Shown: positions 1 through 14,297 of the stretch, one piece after another
How the letters are laid out: each line of letters opens with the position of its first letter
Position numbering within the stretch: the first letter of the stretch is position 1
NCBI GenBank assembly: GCA_964016885.1
Contig: OZ024743.1
Location: 187,550,001 to 187,614,000 of the forward strand
DNA length: 64,000 nt
Origin: Eledone cirrhosa
Lineage: Eukaryota
Direction: 5' to 3'
Made by a program: the position numbers and the translations under genes
The notes under the pieces: model-generated
The model's input: the letters and a program-made list of their open reading frames with translations, nothing else
The model's database searches: none
Told to the model about the DNA's origin: nothing

Positions 1-217
1 GTATGTATGTATGTATCTATGTATGCATGTATGTATGCATGCATCCATATATGTATGTATTTATGTATGTATATAAACGTATATATAAATATATATATAA
101 ATATATATGTATATCCAAGCATGGGAAAATGGATGCTAAACGGTGATGATTATTATATTATGATGATGATCATGATATATATATATGTATGTATGTATAA
201 ATATATGTATATATATT

Positions 218-277
<60 letters not shown>

Positions 278-301
278 CACACACACACACATATATATGT
301 G

Positions 302-334
<33 letters not shown>

Positions 335-770
335 GAAAATAGGGAGAAAAAGACGATTTTTAGGAAGAAAAATATTTTTTTTTCCCTTTTATTTTTTTCT
401 CTTTTTTCTGGGTTAGAAAATGTTTAAAACAAAATATATATATATGAAAACACAGACACACACACATATTTGGAAAATATATACAAACTTGCATAGTATA
501 GTTTCATTTGATTGATAGCCTTTCAAGAATGGTTTTCAAGCAAATGTCTTTCAAGAGACATAGGAGAGATTAGTCAGGTTTTAATCACACAAATTAAAAG
601 ATATAATTTGAAAAGAACAGAAAGGAGGAGGGAAGATAAAAAGAAAATAACAGTGATGCACACAACACAATAAACAAAAAGTAGATACAACATATATATT
701 TGTGTGTGTACATATATATGTATATGCATAAAACAGTGATGATGATGATGATACATACACACACACACAC

Positions 771-801
<31 letters not shown>

Positions 802-1260
802 CATATATATGTACATACATATATATATATGCACACATGCACACACATATATATATGTGTGTGTGTGTGTGCATGTTTATATATATATGTGAGCCTGTGT
901 GTATATGTATGTATGTATATGTGTGTGTATATGTGTATATGTGTATGTATATGTGTGTGTATATATATATATATACTTATGCATATATATATACATATAT
1001 ATATGTACATACACACACGAACATTCGTGTATTTACATGTAGGTATGTGTGTGCGCTTGTTATATACGTATTTATTTATCTATATACGTTTATATAATTA
1101 TTTATTTATTTCTATACACGCTTACACACACACACACATTTATATGTGCGTGGTTTTGTTTACCTATGGTAAGTTTTTGCGTATGCTTGTGTATGTACGT
1201 TTCTGTTTGCGTGTATGTATTTATTTATTTCTATTACTTCTGTATTGTATTTATTTACTT
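1..1260. repeat. Compound microsatellite field (TA)n/(TATG)n/(CA)n/(TG)n
   Basis: Direct di- and tetranucleotide arrays; overlapping YIYI/CVCV/HTHT ORFs are translation artefacts. Confidence 0.95.
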
Positions 1261-1269
1261 TGTTCTTAA

Positions 1270-1800
1270 CTCCGTAGCGGAGATTCATTCGGTCTCCTAG
1301 TTAGAATTTAGTCTACGACTTCTGCTATACCATTTACGTGGTTTTGTCTTTGCGTGCTATTGTTCTCTACGCTCCACATATGACGTATTATCTTCGTTTT
1401 TTTCGTTCATCGCCAGAGAACGTCTCTATGCACCACCTAAGAGAACATTAGTCTACGACCTCTATTATACCATAAACGTGGTTCTGTCTTTGCGCGTAAT
1501 TGTTTTTTGACGTATTATATTCGTTTTTTCCCGTTCTTAGCCATCGAACGTTTCCACGAACCAAAGTATCGTCTTCCTGTCTTCCTCCGGTTGCAACGTT
1601 TTTTGAAATATCCAGTTCTGCGTTTACAGATTGACTTTGTTAGTTTCAGAAGATCCCGTTAAGGGTGAAAGCAGCGATTCTTTGCTTAAACTTTAATCTG
1701 TTATTTTAATAAATATTTGCTCTACGGTTCTTATATATTTGATATATATTTATCCTTATCGAGCCCTCTTTGGATTTTAGTCTTCAAATTTATTATTATT
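1270..1800 (+). mobile_element. Small non-autonomous element / Penelope-like terminal repeat with internal ~140-bp duplication and HHR-like motif
   Basis: 1308-1430 is duplicated at 1447-1555; sequence at 1645-1700 and 1755-1785 recurs at 54590-54700; followed by (TA)n. Confidence 0.5.
1642..1692 (+). ncRNA. Type I hammerhead-like motif, variant core CAGAAGA
   Basis: agttt-CAGAAGA-t ccc gttaa ggg t-GAAA-gca gcgattctt tgc-TT-aaact; stems I, II and III all pair. Confidence 0.55.
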
Positions 1801-3052
1801 ACTATATATATATATATATATGACAAGTAAGTATGTTTTGAAACAGTGAGCAGGTTTGAAATTAGAAAATAGAATAGCTTTCACCGTATTTTTCTACTAA
1901 AGAAATTTTAGTTTGATAATGGGGTTGAGAACCCTCAGATAAATGGAAAAAGATGAGTAGTGACATGTATATATGTATATATGTATATATGTATCTATGC
2001 ATGTATATATATACATATATATATATGTACATACATATATATATATGTGTGTGTGTGTATGTATGTATGTCTGTATGCATGCATGCTTGTATGTATGTAT
2101 GTATGCATGTATATATATATATATATATGTATCTATGTATGTAAGGAGGAAGACTGAAAAAAAAAGAATTGGTAAATAAAACAATAGGATTTAAGCTTAT
2201 GATTTTCTTTTACTATATAATCTTCATTATGTTTCTTTTCGGGGAAAAACAGGATCTTTGGAAAATTTCAGTTCAGTTATGACTGGTTCAGAAAAAAATT
2301 TTTGCTTTTTTCCAGTGCAGAGTAATTTTGTAGTTGATGATGAATGATATGAACTTTTTAATGCTTTTTTTTTTCATTGTGTTTCTTCCTTCATATTTAA
2401 TTCTTTGGTGAGAAAAAAACAAGTAACTTTTGAAGGTTTTGTAGTCACTATCTGTCTTTCTGTGTTGAATATATTAGAACTCTGAAGAATACCACTTAAA
2501 TTAAAGAATCAGAATATTTCTTCTATCTTACATCATGTAGCCTTCATTATGCAATATTCCTTACATCAATTTCAGTAAATGTGCTTTATACATCACCTTC
2601 TAGTAATGATTCATTGCATATTTATTCTTTTTCATTTGCTTTGTAATATTTGCTGCAGTTGTGTCCAATGGCTCACGTCAGTTCTGCTTAAGTAGACCTA
2701 TGACACAGAGGTAGCCAATCAAAAGAGGCATCTAAGCTGCATTTCTATCTGTTTCCACCCTGTCTCATGCCTTGTCACATATTTTGTGATCCTGTTTTAG
2801 CTTGAGAATAATGTTAAGGGGGCATATGCTTGTGGAATAATCAGCCACCTCCATGTTAATTTAGCAAGTAGGTAATTTAGTTGATCAAGCAATAGAATGT
2901 TTACTGTCAAAACCAACAGAAAAATGCCTAGTTTCTGTTGAGGCTCAACAAGGACCTTAGGCTGTACTTTCTTGAGTAATGTGCAATATTTTATAGGAGA
3001 GAAAATTGTATTATGATGTCTAATTGGATAAAAGACTCTCTCAGAATCAAAC

Positions 3053-3335
3053 TCAAAGCTCTAAGGACTGTTGAAAATTATTGTTAGGTAGTATTGACCA
3101 CATTTGTGCAATTTTGATTTTCAATTCAGTATATTTTGTTATATTTTCATTTTCTTGCAAGACTATGTTGTAGTCTCCTAAAATGGTAACATCAATAATC
3201 TGGCATTCACACCTATTTCTGTGAATAACTAAAATATCAGGTCTGTTGTATTCATGTCTGCAGTCCATTTGAATAGTGATGTTCTACAATAACTTGGGGT
3301 TATTTATCATCAAACACACTATCTGGGACATGCTG
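3053..3335 (-). pseudogene. Fossil C-terminal restriction-like endonuclease of an RLE-type (R4/Dong/NeSL-like) non-LTR retrotransposon
   Basis: NRPDILVI...IIDVTI...ENENITKYTELKIKIAQMW matches the RPD-D-(E/K)...KY.L motif. Confidence 0.7.
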
Positions 3336-3349
3336 GGTTTACTTATCAG

Positions 3350-3350
3350 A

Positions 3351-3430
<80 letters not shown>

Positions 3431-3455
3431 CTTCTTCTTCTTCTTCTTCTTCTTC
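3350..3455. repeat. Compound (TAC)n(TTC)n microsatellite
   Basis: Direct observation. Confidence 0.95.
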
Positions 3456-5379
3456 TATATATATGTGTATGCATATATATTTATACATATATATATATAA
3501 ATAAATATATATATATATGTATTTTTCAATGTAGGGTCCGTACTGTAGCTAGAATTCAATGTAATCTGATAGCAAATAATCCAGTGAAATCCATAGAAAG
3601 GTTCCGTGTTCTGCTGAGTTAATCCCTTAGATACAAAGTCTGATATTAGGTATTAATTTAACAATGAAAATAATAACAACAAAGTCAAGTTATTTTACCT
3701 ATTGATATTGTTTTATCCCGTTTGTAAAATAAATTGGATTACTTTGAATAAATAATGAATGAATATTACATAATTTATGTACTAAATTTCGTTATCCTTG
3801 ATTAAATATAAATAATTTTGTCGCTTATTTTAAGATTCACTTCTTTAAAATTTTGAAATGTCAACACTTCCGGTTCGCGATCGCTTAAATAAAGAGTCAT
3901 ATATTTATGTCAATGATTACGTTACTGATTACATAAGACAGTGTAATGCAGTCTTCGTTCAATTTCTGTGTATATTGTCAATTACGATTTTATTTGATGT
4001 ATCATATCTACATGCATATATACTTGCGTATAATATCAATATACACACTACACATGCTAGCAGAAAACCTCCCGAAGGTGGTTTTTCTGCTAGCCTGTGC
4101 ATATTGATGTATATATGTATATATATATATGTGTGTGTGTGGAGGGAATAGAAAAATACATGTGGAATTTTAAAAATACAACAAAAAAAGAAACCAAAAC
4201 AAATAAAACAATGAATGCAAAGTCTCTGTTTATAAGAAATTGTTTGTTTGACACCGCATATGTTTTATTGCCTTGATTTGAAACCTATTCTTAATGGACA
4301 AAAAGAAAAGTGAAACTAGAACTATCATAAATAATTTAAATCTCTTGAGAGGCGAAAGAGCTGTGTAAAAAGAATTGACTAAATAAATATGTATTGAGAT
4401 CTCTGATTCAGCTCAAATAAAGCGAATGAATGATTTGAAGTCCTTCAAACAACAAATTATTTTGAAAATTAACACATAAATCTTTATTTCACTTTACCCT
4501 CTCGAAAAGTAACCTCTTCTTTTTATACTGCAATGTCCTTCAATTACCCCCCTGGAATAATCTTTGTACCAAACTGCTATTTTCATTCTTTCACCCCTAG
4601 AATATCTGCAAAAGCTATTTCTTCTTATTGCTTTTTGTTTTTCCTCAACAAATGTTGACATGCAGATTTTCAAATTGAACAGAAATCATATAAATCTTAG
4701 TTGACAAATTGGCAGAATCGTTGGAACACTGGATAGAATGCTTTGCAGCATTTATTCTGGTTATTGGCACTCTGAATTCATATCCCACGGAAGTCAACTT
4801 TACCTTTCATCTTTTTTAGGTCAATAGAAAAGCATTCATCTAATACTGGGATCTATTCTTCCTCTATATCTTTTTCTTACTTCACACCCTTCCTCTTTTT
4901 TTCCTCTCTCATTCTCTTAAAGAAATTGACAGTATTCTGTCTTGGAGAGGGATAGACTCTGCCAGATTTAAATACCCAAGGAACTCCATATGTCAATAAG
5001 GTGCTCCTGTGACTCCACCAGGTCTTTTGGGTCCATACATATATATACATATATTTTCAGAAGACCAGCAAAAAACTATGCTCAATGATATCAATAACAC
5101 TTTAAAAGACAAACCTACTAAAATCCCCTTGCATTAGCACTTTGCCTATTTTTTTACTCTTTAGAAAAACATCACATTGGGATATTTTTCCACACATATT
5201 TTCTCACATGAACCATTGATCTTCAAATATCCAAAGGGGAATTTCTCAAGGCATTATTTTAAGTTGTTTTATTAGTGAATATTCTTTCACTCAAAATCTT
5301 TATTCTCTCAGTCATTCAGTCATTCTAAGATCTGTGAGTACAGAAGAGACTATGTTTTCTAGATATAGTCTAATATTAT

Positions 5380-6300
5380 TTAGTCATGTCAAGAGTTATA
5401 TTTACAAAAGATTAAAACTCCTTCAGCTTCAGGAACATCCAGAAGTCGCATAGGGCTAAGTCTGGACTGTAGAGAGGATGGGGGACAGTCTTGATTCCCA
5501 TATTGGACAAGTAGTTGGTACAGGATGGATTCGTGATAAGGGGCGTTTTCCAGGTGCAGGTGCCACCAACCAGATTTGAAGTGTTATGGTCTCTTGATGA
5601 AGTATCTGTCTGAACTGCCTCAAAACCTCTACATATTATCGTTTGTTGATTGTCTGACCATGTAGGACCATGCGGATGTAAATGATGCCCTTGCTATCAA
5701 AGAATGGGGACATAATGAACTTCACACTGGACCTGCTTTGCCTGGCCGTCTTGGGTCTTGGGGGTCAGAATGTTTCCACAGGACACTCTCTTGTTTGGGC
5801 ACTGGATCATAACAGTAGACCCAGCTCTTATCACAGGTTACCAGAGACTCAAGAGAGACTCAAGGACACTTGGATTCAAAGTTATCCATTTGACCATCAC
5901 CCTACTCTCATCAACACACCTCTGCCTTTGATCTTCACTGCACACCCTGGGAACAAACTTTGCATATGTTCAGATCATGATGACTCTGTGCACAGTGCCC
6001 CCAGCCACTTCAAATTATTTAGCAATCGTCAGAAGAAATGCACAACAGTTCTTACCTAGGACCAACATTGGTGTCCTGGTGTCCCTTATCGACCCTCACC
6101 TGCTCCCTGCTCTTCTGGAACCTCTTGTGCCAGTGGAAAACAGTCACCCAGTTCATTAATATTAGTCTGTAAACAGTTTTGACCATTTCATAAGTTTCTG
6201 TAGCATTTTTGCTGAGCTTGACACGAAACTGTATTGCATATCAAGCCTCCAAGTTGTCCTCAGATCCTGACTGCCTTGTGGAACCTGTCAGCTGTGACAA
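5380..6300 (-). mobile_element. Degraded mariner (Tc1/mariner) transposase fossil
   Basis: Minus-strand translation gives TCDKSWVYCYDP (TGDESW), WHLHLENA (HxDNA) and LYSPDLALCDFW (YSPDLAPxDF); many stops; TIRs not found; ends approximate. Confidence 0.8.
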
Positions 6301-9300
6301 GACTTGTAAGATGGGTAGTGTTCAAAGTGATGTTGCGGGTTGAACCTTCAGCCTGGATAAAAATAGATTTGGCATGTTAGCTTATTATAACCATATCAAG
6401 CATGTATGAAAGTGACAGTTACGTAGACAAATTAAAATTGCCTGAATAAAAGTCTCAAAACGTCTTGAGTGTACCTCGTAAACATTAAGGCTAATAATTT
6501 CTCTTTTCCTAATGATTATAATTCTAAAGGGTTGTTGATTGACAAAATTGTTAGAGCATTGAATAAAAGGCATTGTATTCTGACTTCAAATCCTCCCAAG
6601 GTCAAATTTGCCTTTCATTCTTCCAGGGTTGAGAAAAATAATGGACCAGGCAAGTACTGTTGTCTATGTCATTGACTTTCTCTTTCCTTCGAAAACTACT
6701 AGCCTTGTGCTGAAATTTGAAACAATGATTATAATTTTAATTAATTAAACATTGTGGAAGCATTAAGTATGTTAGCCTCCATTTAACTCTACATTCTTCA
6801 CGGAGAACATATTGCTTGGGAATTTTCTGATGCACCAGAACAGAGGGTAATAAGTCTCTCTAAAGGCTAACCATGAAATGCTTGTAGCAGATTGAACTAA
6901 TGACCTGTTATACAGTCCAATTCTCTTGGTCATTCCACTTCAGCTTTCTAATGTCCTATTTTTCTTCTCTTTTGTTCTGTTGATGCATTTGAATAATTCC
7001 AGTTAAATATGGTTATCAGAATAGAAATAGCAAATCAATAGCTAAATGGTTAGCTGCATTACAAATGTTGTTTATCTGGTGATTTATGTATCTGTTAATT
7101 TTGTTGTCTGGACCAAAGTTAGCCGTGATCAAGTGGACATATGAGGAAAAGCATTCCAGTGGTGACCATTAAAATTGTTCCTCCATTTCAGACACAGTCT
7201 ATCTTGAACTATTTTATCTAATGTGTTTTATTATTTTTACAATGTTAAGGTGTGATACAAAGGAAATTTGGCTTCTATATCCAGAGGGGCAAGCAATCAT
7301 GTAGTCTTTTTAACTGGTCTGTTTCTTTCAAGCCATTTGTGTTCTTTAGTAAAAGACCAGTCATGATTTACCAGACCAATAACTAAAGGCTTCCCTGTGC
7401 AATCAAGTCATCATTTCCTTTCAGACTGTGAATTATATTATCCAATATTTTCTTTTTTAGTTTATTAATACAATTCTGAATGTAACTGGAACTTTCTATT
7501 TTTGTTGTTTTCATTATTTAGTTCCAAGTTAGCCATTATCAAACACGACAAAACATTTTACAAACTATTATCAAACCAGATGTGATGGTTTACAATCTTA
7601 AAAATGAAGGAAATTAACTAATGTAGTCTTAGACACACTTCTTTCCTTGTGCCAAAGGGACAATGAATGATGCCAGGGGCGTCTTTGACAACCACGTGGG
7701 AGAATCAAAGGTAGTTTCTTGTTACTTTTCTGCAGGTATCTTTTGCAACACAATCCTATCAGCTAGACAGAGATAAATTTGACACATCTGTCTAGGCACT
7801 CAGAATGTAAAGAAGTGTAATACTTACTGTAAAGCACTTTTTCCAATGCTCTAACAATTCCACCAATCCACTATCTTGGAATATGGAATAGTTGTTTATT
7901 TTATTGACCTTGGAAGGATTTTCACTTAGAATATAAAGAGCCAAAACATTTTGTCTAATGTTGTAAGGATTCTGCCTCTTCATCTAGATATGTGATACCT
8001 GAATAAAAGATAGGCTGCTCACTGCCGCTTGTTTGTCTTTGAGACAGTTGTTGTTATTTAGACACAAGTTGGCTTGGATTCTGCAGATATATGATCAAAA
8101 GGATTCCATCTGTTACTATTTCCTATTTTTCCATGCATAGTGCACTCAAGACCACATTACTCAATCAGTTCTTGTCTTCTTGGATGGTAAGATGTGATTC
8201 AAGAAAGTATTGGTGGGTATTTCTAGCAAGTTGAGTCAAGTAACAAGTAGATACTTTAGTGTTAGCTTGCCTTTCAACTGTTAGTTATTTATTTCTAAGT
8301 CATCCCCAATTAAGAAGACCTATGATTAAATATATTCCAGCAATGACCATTCTGACTTTTGTATATCTAGAAATGCATTGTCCAATATGATGATAAAGTG
8401 TAATTTAAGGGCTACTTGGCTGCTATTTCTAGCAGTTTGAATGACCATGTAGAAACTCTCAGAGTCTGTAATCAATCTTTTATTATATATAAATGTTTCT
8501 TTCAGAATACCTTTATTACTTCTTAATCTATGGGATGGAGGCATCTCAGAATAGTTTTCTCCGACTTATTTTGTTATCACATTAATTTAATCATTCAAGA
8601 TCCATATTAATTGTAAGGATATGCTTTATTGAGGAGGTCTAATAGGACTGAAAAAAACCTGCAGTTGTCACCACACTGCTAAAGAAGAGACTCACACCCC
8701 TTTGTATTTCATATTGAACTATTTTTAAATAATTAAAATTTAGTGTTTTTCTCCCTTGTTTTCTGTAATAGGAAGTAGTAATTTAGATAATGATTGTCCT
8801 CATTATTCAGAATTTAATTTCATTTAATCAAGATTTATTGGCTAACTTTATTAAGTATCATTTTAGTCTTTATGAAGAGGGCATCTTTTGGTTCCCCTGC
8901 CCAAGCTATCGATCTATTTCTATATCTATATCATCTTTAATATATTTATATTCATAGCTACATGTTACTGTTATTGTAATCAGTCAGGTGACCTAGTTTG
9001 CTGCTCTGGTTATTTATTGTGTTTCAGATGATCGATATTACTGTTGACTATCATGTGTTATATAGTGCTGTTGTGTTTTGTTGTCTATTTGTTGTTCTCT
9101 GCTTGGTCAATATCATTACTGTTTGATGTCATCTTAGCAAATGACTATTATTACAATCACATTTTAAAAAGAGAGATTTTATCTATGATACAGTTACTTA
9201 GTTCAAACCATTTATCTAATTCATAAATAACTTTCCTCAATTTATCACCAGAGGATCTCCATCTATTTGGTTTCCATAATAAATAAAATGGAAGAATAAT

Positions 9301-11212
9301 CTAGAATATTAAGGGAATAATGACCATTAACTGTTTATGGACTTTTTTCATGGGCATCATCATTATCATTGTTAACTTTTCTTCCTCTTCTTTCTTCTTA
9401 TGTCCTTCTCTTCCACATTTGGTTTGTTGATCATGTGTTTCCCTTATCAAGACACCCTACCTATCATATAAAATCAGCATCATCACTCTAATGCAGATTT
9501 GAAACAATTTAGGTCCATTTTCTGAAAATGTGTGTTGTTACAATTTACTTGCGTAATTTTCATTTCAGATTGACCAAATTCAAGTGAGAGGTATGCTCAT
9601 TTTTAGTCATCTGTTAGAAATGCATGATGTTCCACTTCTTGAACCTCATGCATTAAATATTAATGTTACAATAGATATGTTAGCATTCCTATTGTTTAGA
9701 CCTAGAGCTCGTAAGCAGACATAGTAAGCAGTATGCCAGTTTCCTAATTCGAATCCAATAAAATAAATCATTATTTAGTGCAAAGTCAGCTCTGATTAAA
9801 CAGGCCAGTAGTTAAAGGTATTTAAATCACCACCATGCCATTTGGTGGGGGATGACATGAATGGTTGTTATTTATATCACATAAAGTGACCATATAGAGG
9901 CTCCTTCATTGGCTCTACAACAACTATGTTCTTATGTACTCGACTGACATTTTATTTACTTGTATGATTGAAATTTTAAAAGAATGTAAGACAATTCACA
10001 CACTGAATTAACCACTGGAGTGACAGTCAAATATTAGATCTTGATCATTTATGAATTGTTTTGACAGCAGTACTTTCTATGCTATAAAGACAGTTTATAA
10101 TACAAGTGAGCATTGAAGCATATGAATCATTCATAAACCAATGGAATCAGTAAGAAATGACATCAGCATAGCAGTATGCTTGTAATTGAACTTTTTTATT
10201 TGGATGAATTACTTAACACAATGATGCTCAATATGGTTAATACCAAAGTATAGTAAGTTTCTTGTGAACAAGGAAGTCACTATTTGTTTTACATAAAACA
10301 ATCTAAAACTTAAATGAATTAAAAGTATATTTAAATGTATTTTATTATACAATGTATGATTGATTCCTTGATATGTCATGTTATCTTGCATGATGGAATT
10401 TATTTATATTCAGTGCTTCATGAAGTATTCCACCTGAATTTTGTGGACCATCTTCTGAAATGTGTTATGAATCATTGACTTAAATTGTTACAACACCTGC
10501 ATAAAAATAGATATTTGAAATTTTATAACATAGTATGAGTACATGCATTGCTATGTTAAGACATTCAGTTTAGTTAAGACATTCAGTTTAGACTTAATCC
10601 ATTTTCACATTTAACACAACCACTTGACACTCAAGTTCTTTTATTGTAGACCATTATGTTGCAAGTATTCAAGACAGGTTTCTTATTTGAACATAACTTC
10701 TTCCATTCCTTCAAGGGGTCACCAGCACTGTTTTTCTTCCAACTAATCCTTTAAAAAATTACTATATCTCATGTTTTACTTATTATTAAACAAATTCTAT
10801 AGGGGCAGAGCAGCACACATGCAATATATATATAGCTGACAAAAGGCTCATTTTTAAAAATAGGAAATTCCATGGGTGTTGACAATGAAGATATATTAAT
10901 TACTCAGACATATTTATAGAATCACACAATTTTGTTGAAGTAATTTATTATTTGTGGATGGATAGGTGAAAAGAAAAACAGAATTAATTTATTTGGCTTC
11001 AACACCTAAAAACATTAGAATAATTTCATTGTTATATCAATATAATTATTACATCATTGTATCCTTTGAATCATTGTGCTAATAATTATCATTATCAGTA
11101 TTTTAATTCATTGATTTAATAATTTTAGTGAGAGTTTTTCCTCTTTGTTTTCCTTACTTATGGGTATTAGTTACTCAAACAAAAAACATGAAATATTTTC
11201 CTAGCCCTAGAG

Positions 11213-11476
11213 CAGTGGTTCCCAAATCAATCACTATGGTGCCCCACTGTACTGCAAAATGTAAAAAGATGTGCCTCAAACAAACTGAAATTTGCATGAA
11301 AGTTCAAATATAGCTGTCAGATTGGCAAACAAATAAAGTTTAGTAACAAGATTTGCAAAGATTAGCACAATCTGTCAACTCTGTTAAGAATGAGAGGTGT
11401 TTTGTGTATTCCAAGCACCAGCATAATTTTTCTTTTCAAAAATGTGCCACAAGTAAAAACAGTTTTGGAACCACTG
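11213..11476. mobile_element. hAT (Charlie/Buster-like) MITE
   Basis: TIRs CAGTGGTTCCCAAA / TTTTGGAACCACTG; degenerate 8-bp TSD ccctagag/ccctatat. Confidence 0.75.
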
Positions 11477-13097
11477 CCCTATATTATGCAACATAGAAAG
11501 ATCCATAGTAAATACTGATTATAGCTTGTTAAATGTTTCATCCTGTGCTTTATTGTCATTGAATACATTAATCTAACTGGAAGCAGTGTTCTTTGTAAAA
11601 GGTTATATTTTGCATTCAACAGTTAACTGCACTAAAACACATTGACACATTAAATTTAAAAAAAAAAAAAAAAAAATTGTTTCATTATAACTGCCACAAC
11701 CACGACCACGACCTACATTAACCAATATTCCTACTGAAAGCATCACCACCACTTTAAAGGGTACTACAATTCTCAGCATATAACATGTGTGTATGTGTGT
11801 GCATTTAATTAATAGCTCTGCATTTGATAAATAGCATTCCCTCTCACAAGTATCATTTTTCCTTCAATAAATACACTTCTTACCTAACATATATACATAA
11901 GTATATTAATATTACAGATGAACAGTCAAAATAATCAGAAAAAAAAACAACTGAATTAATAATAGTTTGATTTTAAGTCTCTATAGTCAGGGTTGACCTG
12001 CGGTTAAAATACATCAACATAGATCTAGTTTGTAGACCACTGTAATGAAACTTGCCTCTGCTTTGATTATCAGGCTTTTATTCTACTAGTTCCAATTATG
12101 AATGAAGGTTCAGGTCTGAGCCTTTCTTCTAAATATGCATTATATCTAATTTATTGCTCTAGCACACATGTTGCAAACATTTTGTATGAGATGATATTGG
12201 TCTTTACTATTAACTTAATTGCTTCAAATTATTTCCCACCTTCTCTTTGTTTAGTGACTGGGTTTTATAGATCATTTTTTTAAATATTAAAATTAAAAAA
12301 ATTGTGAAATCTAACAATATGAGAAAAAAAAAAAGATTTTTTAATAAAACAATTTAATTAAATTATTGAAGTTGTTGGTGAGCCTGAACTCAGTCTTGAT
12401 CTAACAGATCAAAGGCATTTAATCTGTTGCCATCACAACAGCAATATACAATATGTTCTCCATCTTAAAAAGATATCAGGGTGGGATTTGACTGATTTTT
12501 CTAGCAGGCTGAGCAAAAATGTAGAGGTGCTCTTGTCTTACTTTGATTGAGTGAAAACAAAAGATAACATTTTGGGTTGCATATTTATTAGAAGAATTTC
12601 TACTTGGAACAAGACCTAGTATATGGCTATTATATATATTATCGACTTTGGAAAGAAGGCAAAACTGGCCCTTCTGAATTTGAACTCAGAATGTAAAAGA
12701 ATGGTACAAAATTCAAAGACACTTAATATGGGATGCTTCTATTTCCTCAATTTCACTTTCTATGACTTTATTAGATGGAAGTATGGCCGTGTAGCTAAAA
12801 AATTGGCTTTACAACCATGTCATTTCAGGTTTAATTCCACTAACAAAACTTTGAGCAAGTGTTTTCTAGTATAGTCTCAGACTGACCAAACTTTTGTGAG
12901 TAAAATGTTGTTGATGAGCATCAAATGAACAGATGTGAAAGCCCATTAAAGGAACAGATCCTGTTCTTAGGTAATAGATATGATTCTTTGGCTGGTTTAA
13001 CACTAGCATCTGATACTTTAGTAGAGTCTAACCTGTTGTAATTATTCAAGCTATGTCTCTTGTCTGTGGATACCTTCCTTCGTCACACTAATCTTAA

Positions 13098-13305
13098 CCC
13101 TTTAGCATTTAAACCAGTCATAACTGTGCAGAATTCTCTCACCTCTTTCTGTTTAAACCGGTCATAATTGACCACTCATACTGATGTTAAGGTATTGTTC
13201 TCAAAATAAATAATATAAAAATCTCATAGATTTGATATTATGTGAGATAAAGACTTTACAGTGAAAATATAATAGTAAATATAGAGTAATGTAAATGCTA
13301 AAGGG
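13098..13305. mobile_element. piggyBac-type MITE
   Basis: TTAA at 13094-13097 and 13306-13309; 14-bp perfect TIR CCCTTTAGCATTTA/TAAATGCTAAAGGG. Confidence 0.85.
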
Positions 13306-13929
13306 TTAAGAGAATATGCATAGATTGTATATGGAAATTATTGATATAGTACAACTTAGGAATGGGTAAGAAGTGTTAATAAAATAGACATGCTATCATG
13401 ATCTTATGTAAGTTCCAGCCTCCTTACCAAAATGTGATAAAAAACAAAGAATATAAATCTAATAGAAAATTAGCAATACATGGATTTGTATTTAGGAATA
13501 TATTTTCTTTTAGTTATAAGTCAATCATTTTGTATGATAATTTTCTCCTTTCAATATAAATGTTTGCACATTTATCAAGTTGAAACTAAAATTCAAGCTT
13601 ACTGAAATTACTATAATACTCTAACCTTAAATGAAAGTCTGTTTTCAAAAGCTATGACATGTATTTATTTTTTATTTTCCAAGAAACATGAATATATCTG
13701 CACATATAGACATACAAGCTCATTCTATTTGATTAGTGTATTTATTCGTAAACCTCTTTTTCATTCTTTTTAGGCTTTGCATTAGTTTATATTGTTCTCT
13801 TTTTCATATTCCCTGCAGATGGTTGCCTTCACAAATAAATTTTCAAGAGAACATTACTTACCATCTAAATTCTAATAAAAAGCATTATTGTGTGTTCTTT
13901 AATTTTATTATTATTTTCATTTCTAGTAT

Positions 13930-14210
13930 TGTGAGTGCGTGTGTGTTTTCGTCTATGTGTTTTAGTTTGTGTGTGTGAGTGTGTATATGTATGTGTGTGT
14001 AAGTGATTTTGTGTGTGTGAGTATTTGATTGTGTATGTGTGTGTGTTTTAGTGTGTGCATGAGAGTGTGTGTGTGTGAGAGAGAGTGTTTATGTGCATGT
14101 GTGTGTGTGATTGTGTGTGAGTGAATGTGTGTATGTGTTTGTTTGTGTGTGTAACTGTATATATGTACGTGTGTGTGTGTCTGTGTGTGTGAGTGTGCAT
14201 GTGTGTATTG

Positions 14211-14295
<85 letters not shown>
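13930..14295. repeat. Degenerate and perfect (TG)n array
   Basis: Direct observation. Confidence 0.9.

Positions 14296-14297
<2 letters not shown>

Noticed and set aside
7-2184. Many ORFs rich in YI/CV/HT
   Set aside because: Translations of microsatellites; the same applies to such ORFs across the window
3589-3660. ctgctga...aaag resembling a hammerhead core
   Set aside because: Both core boxes are imperfect and there are no convincing stems
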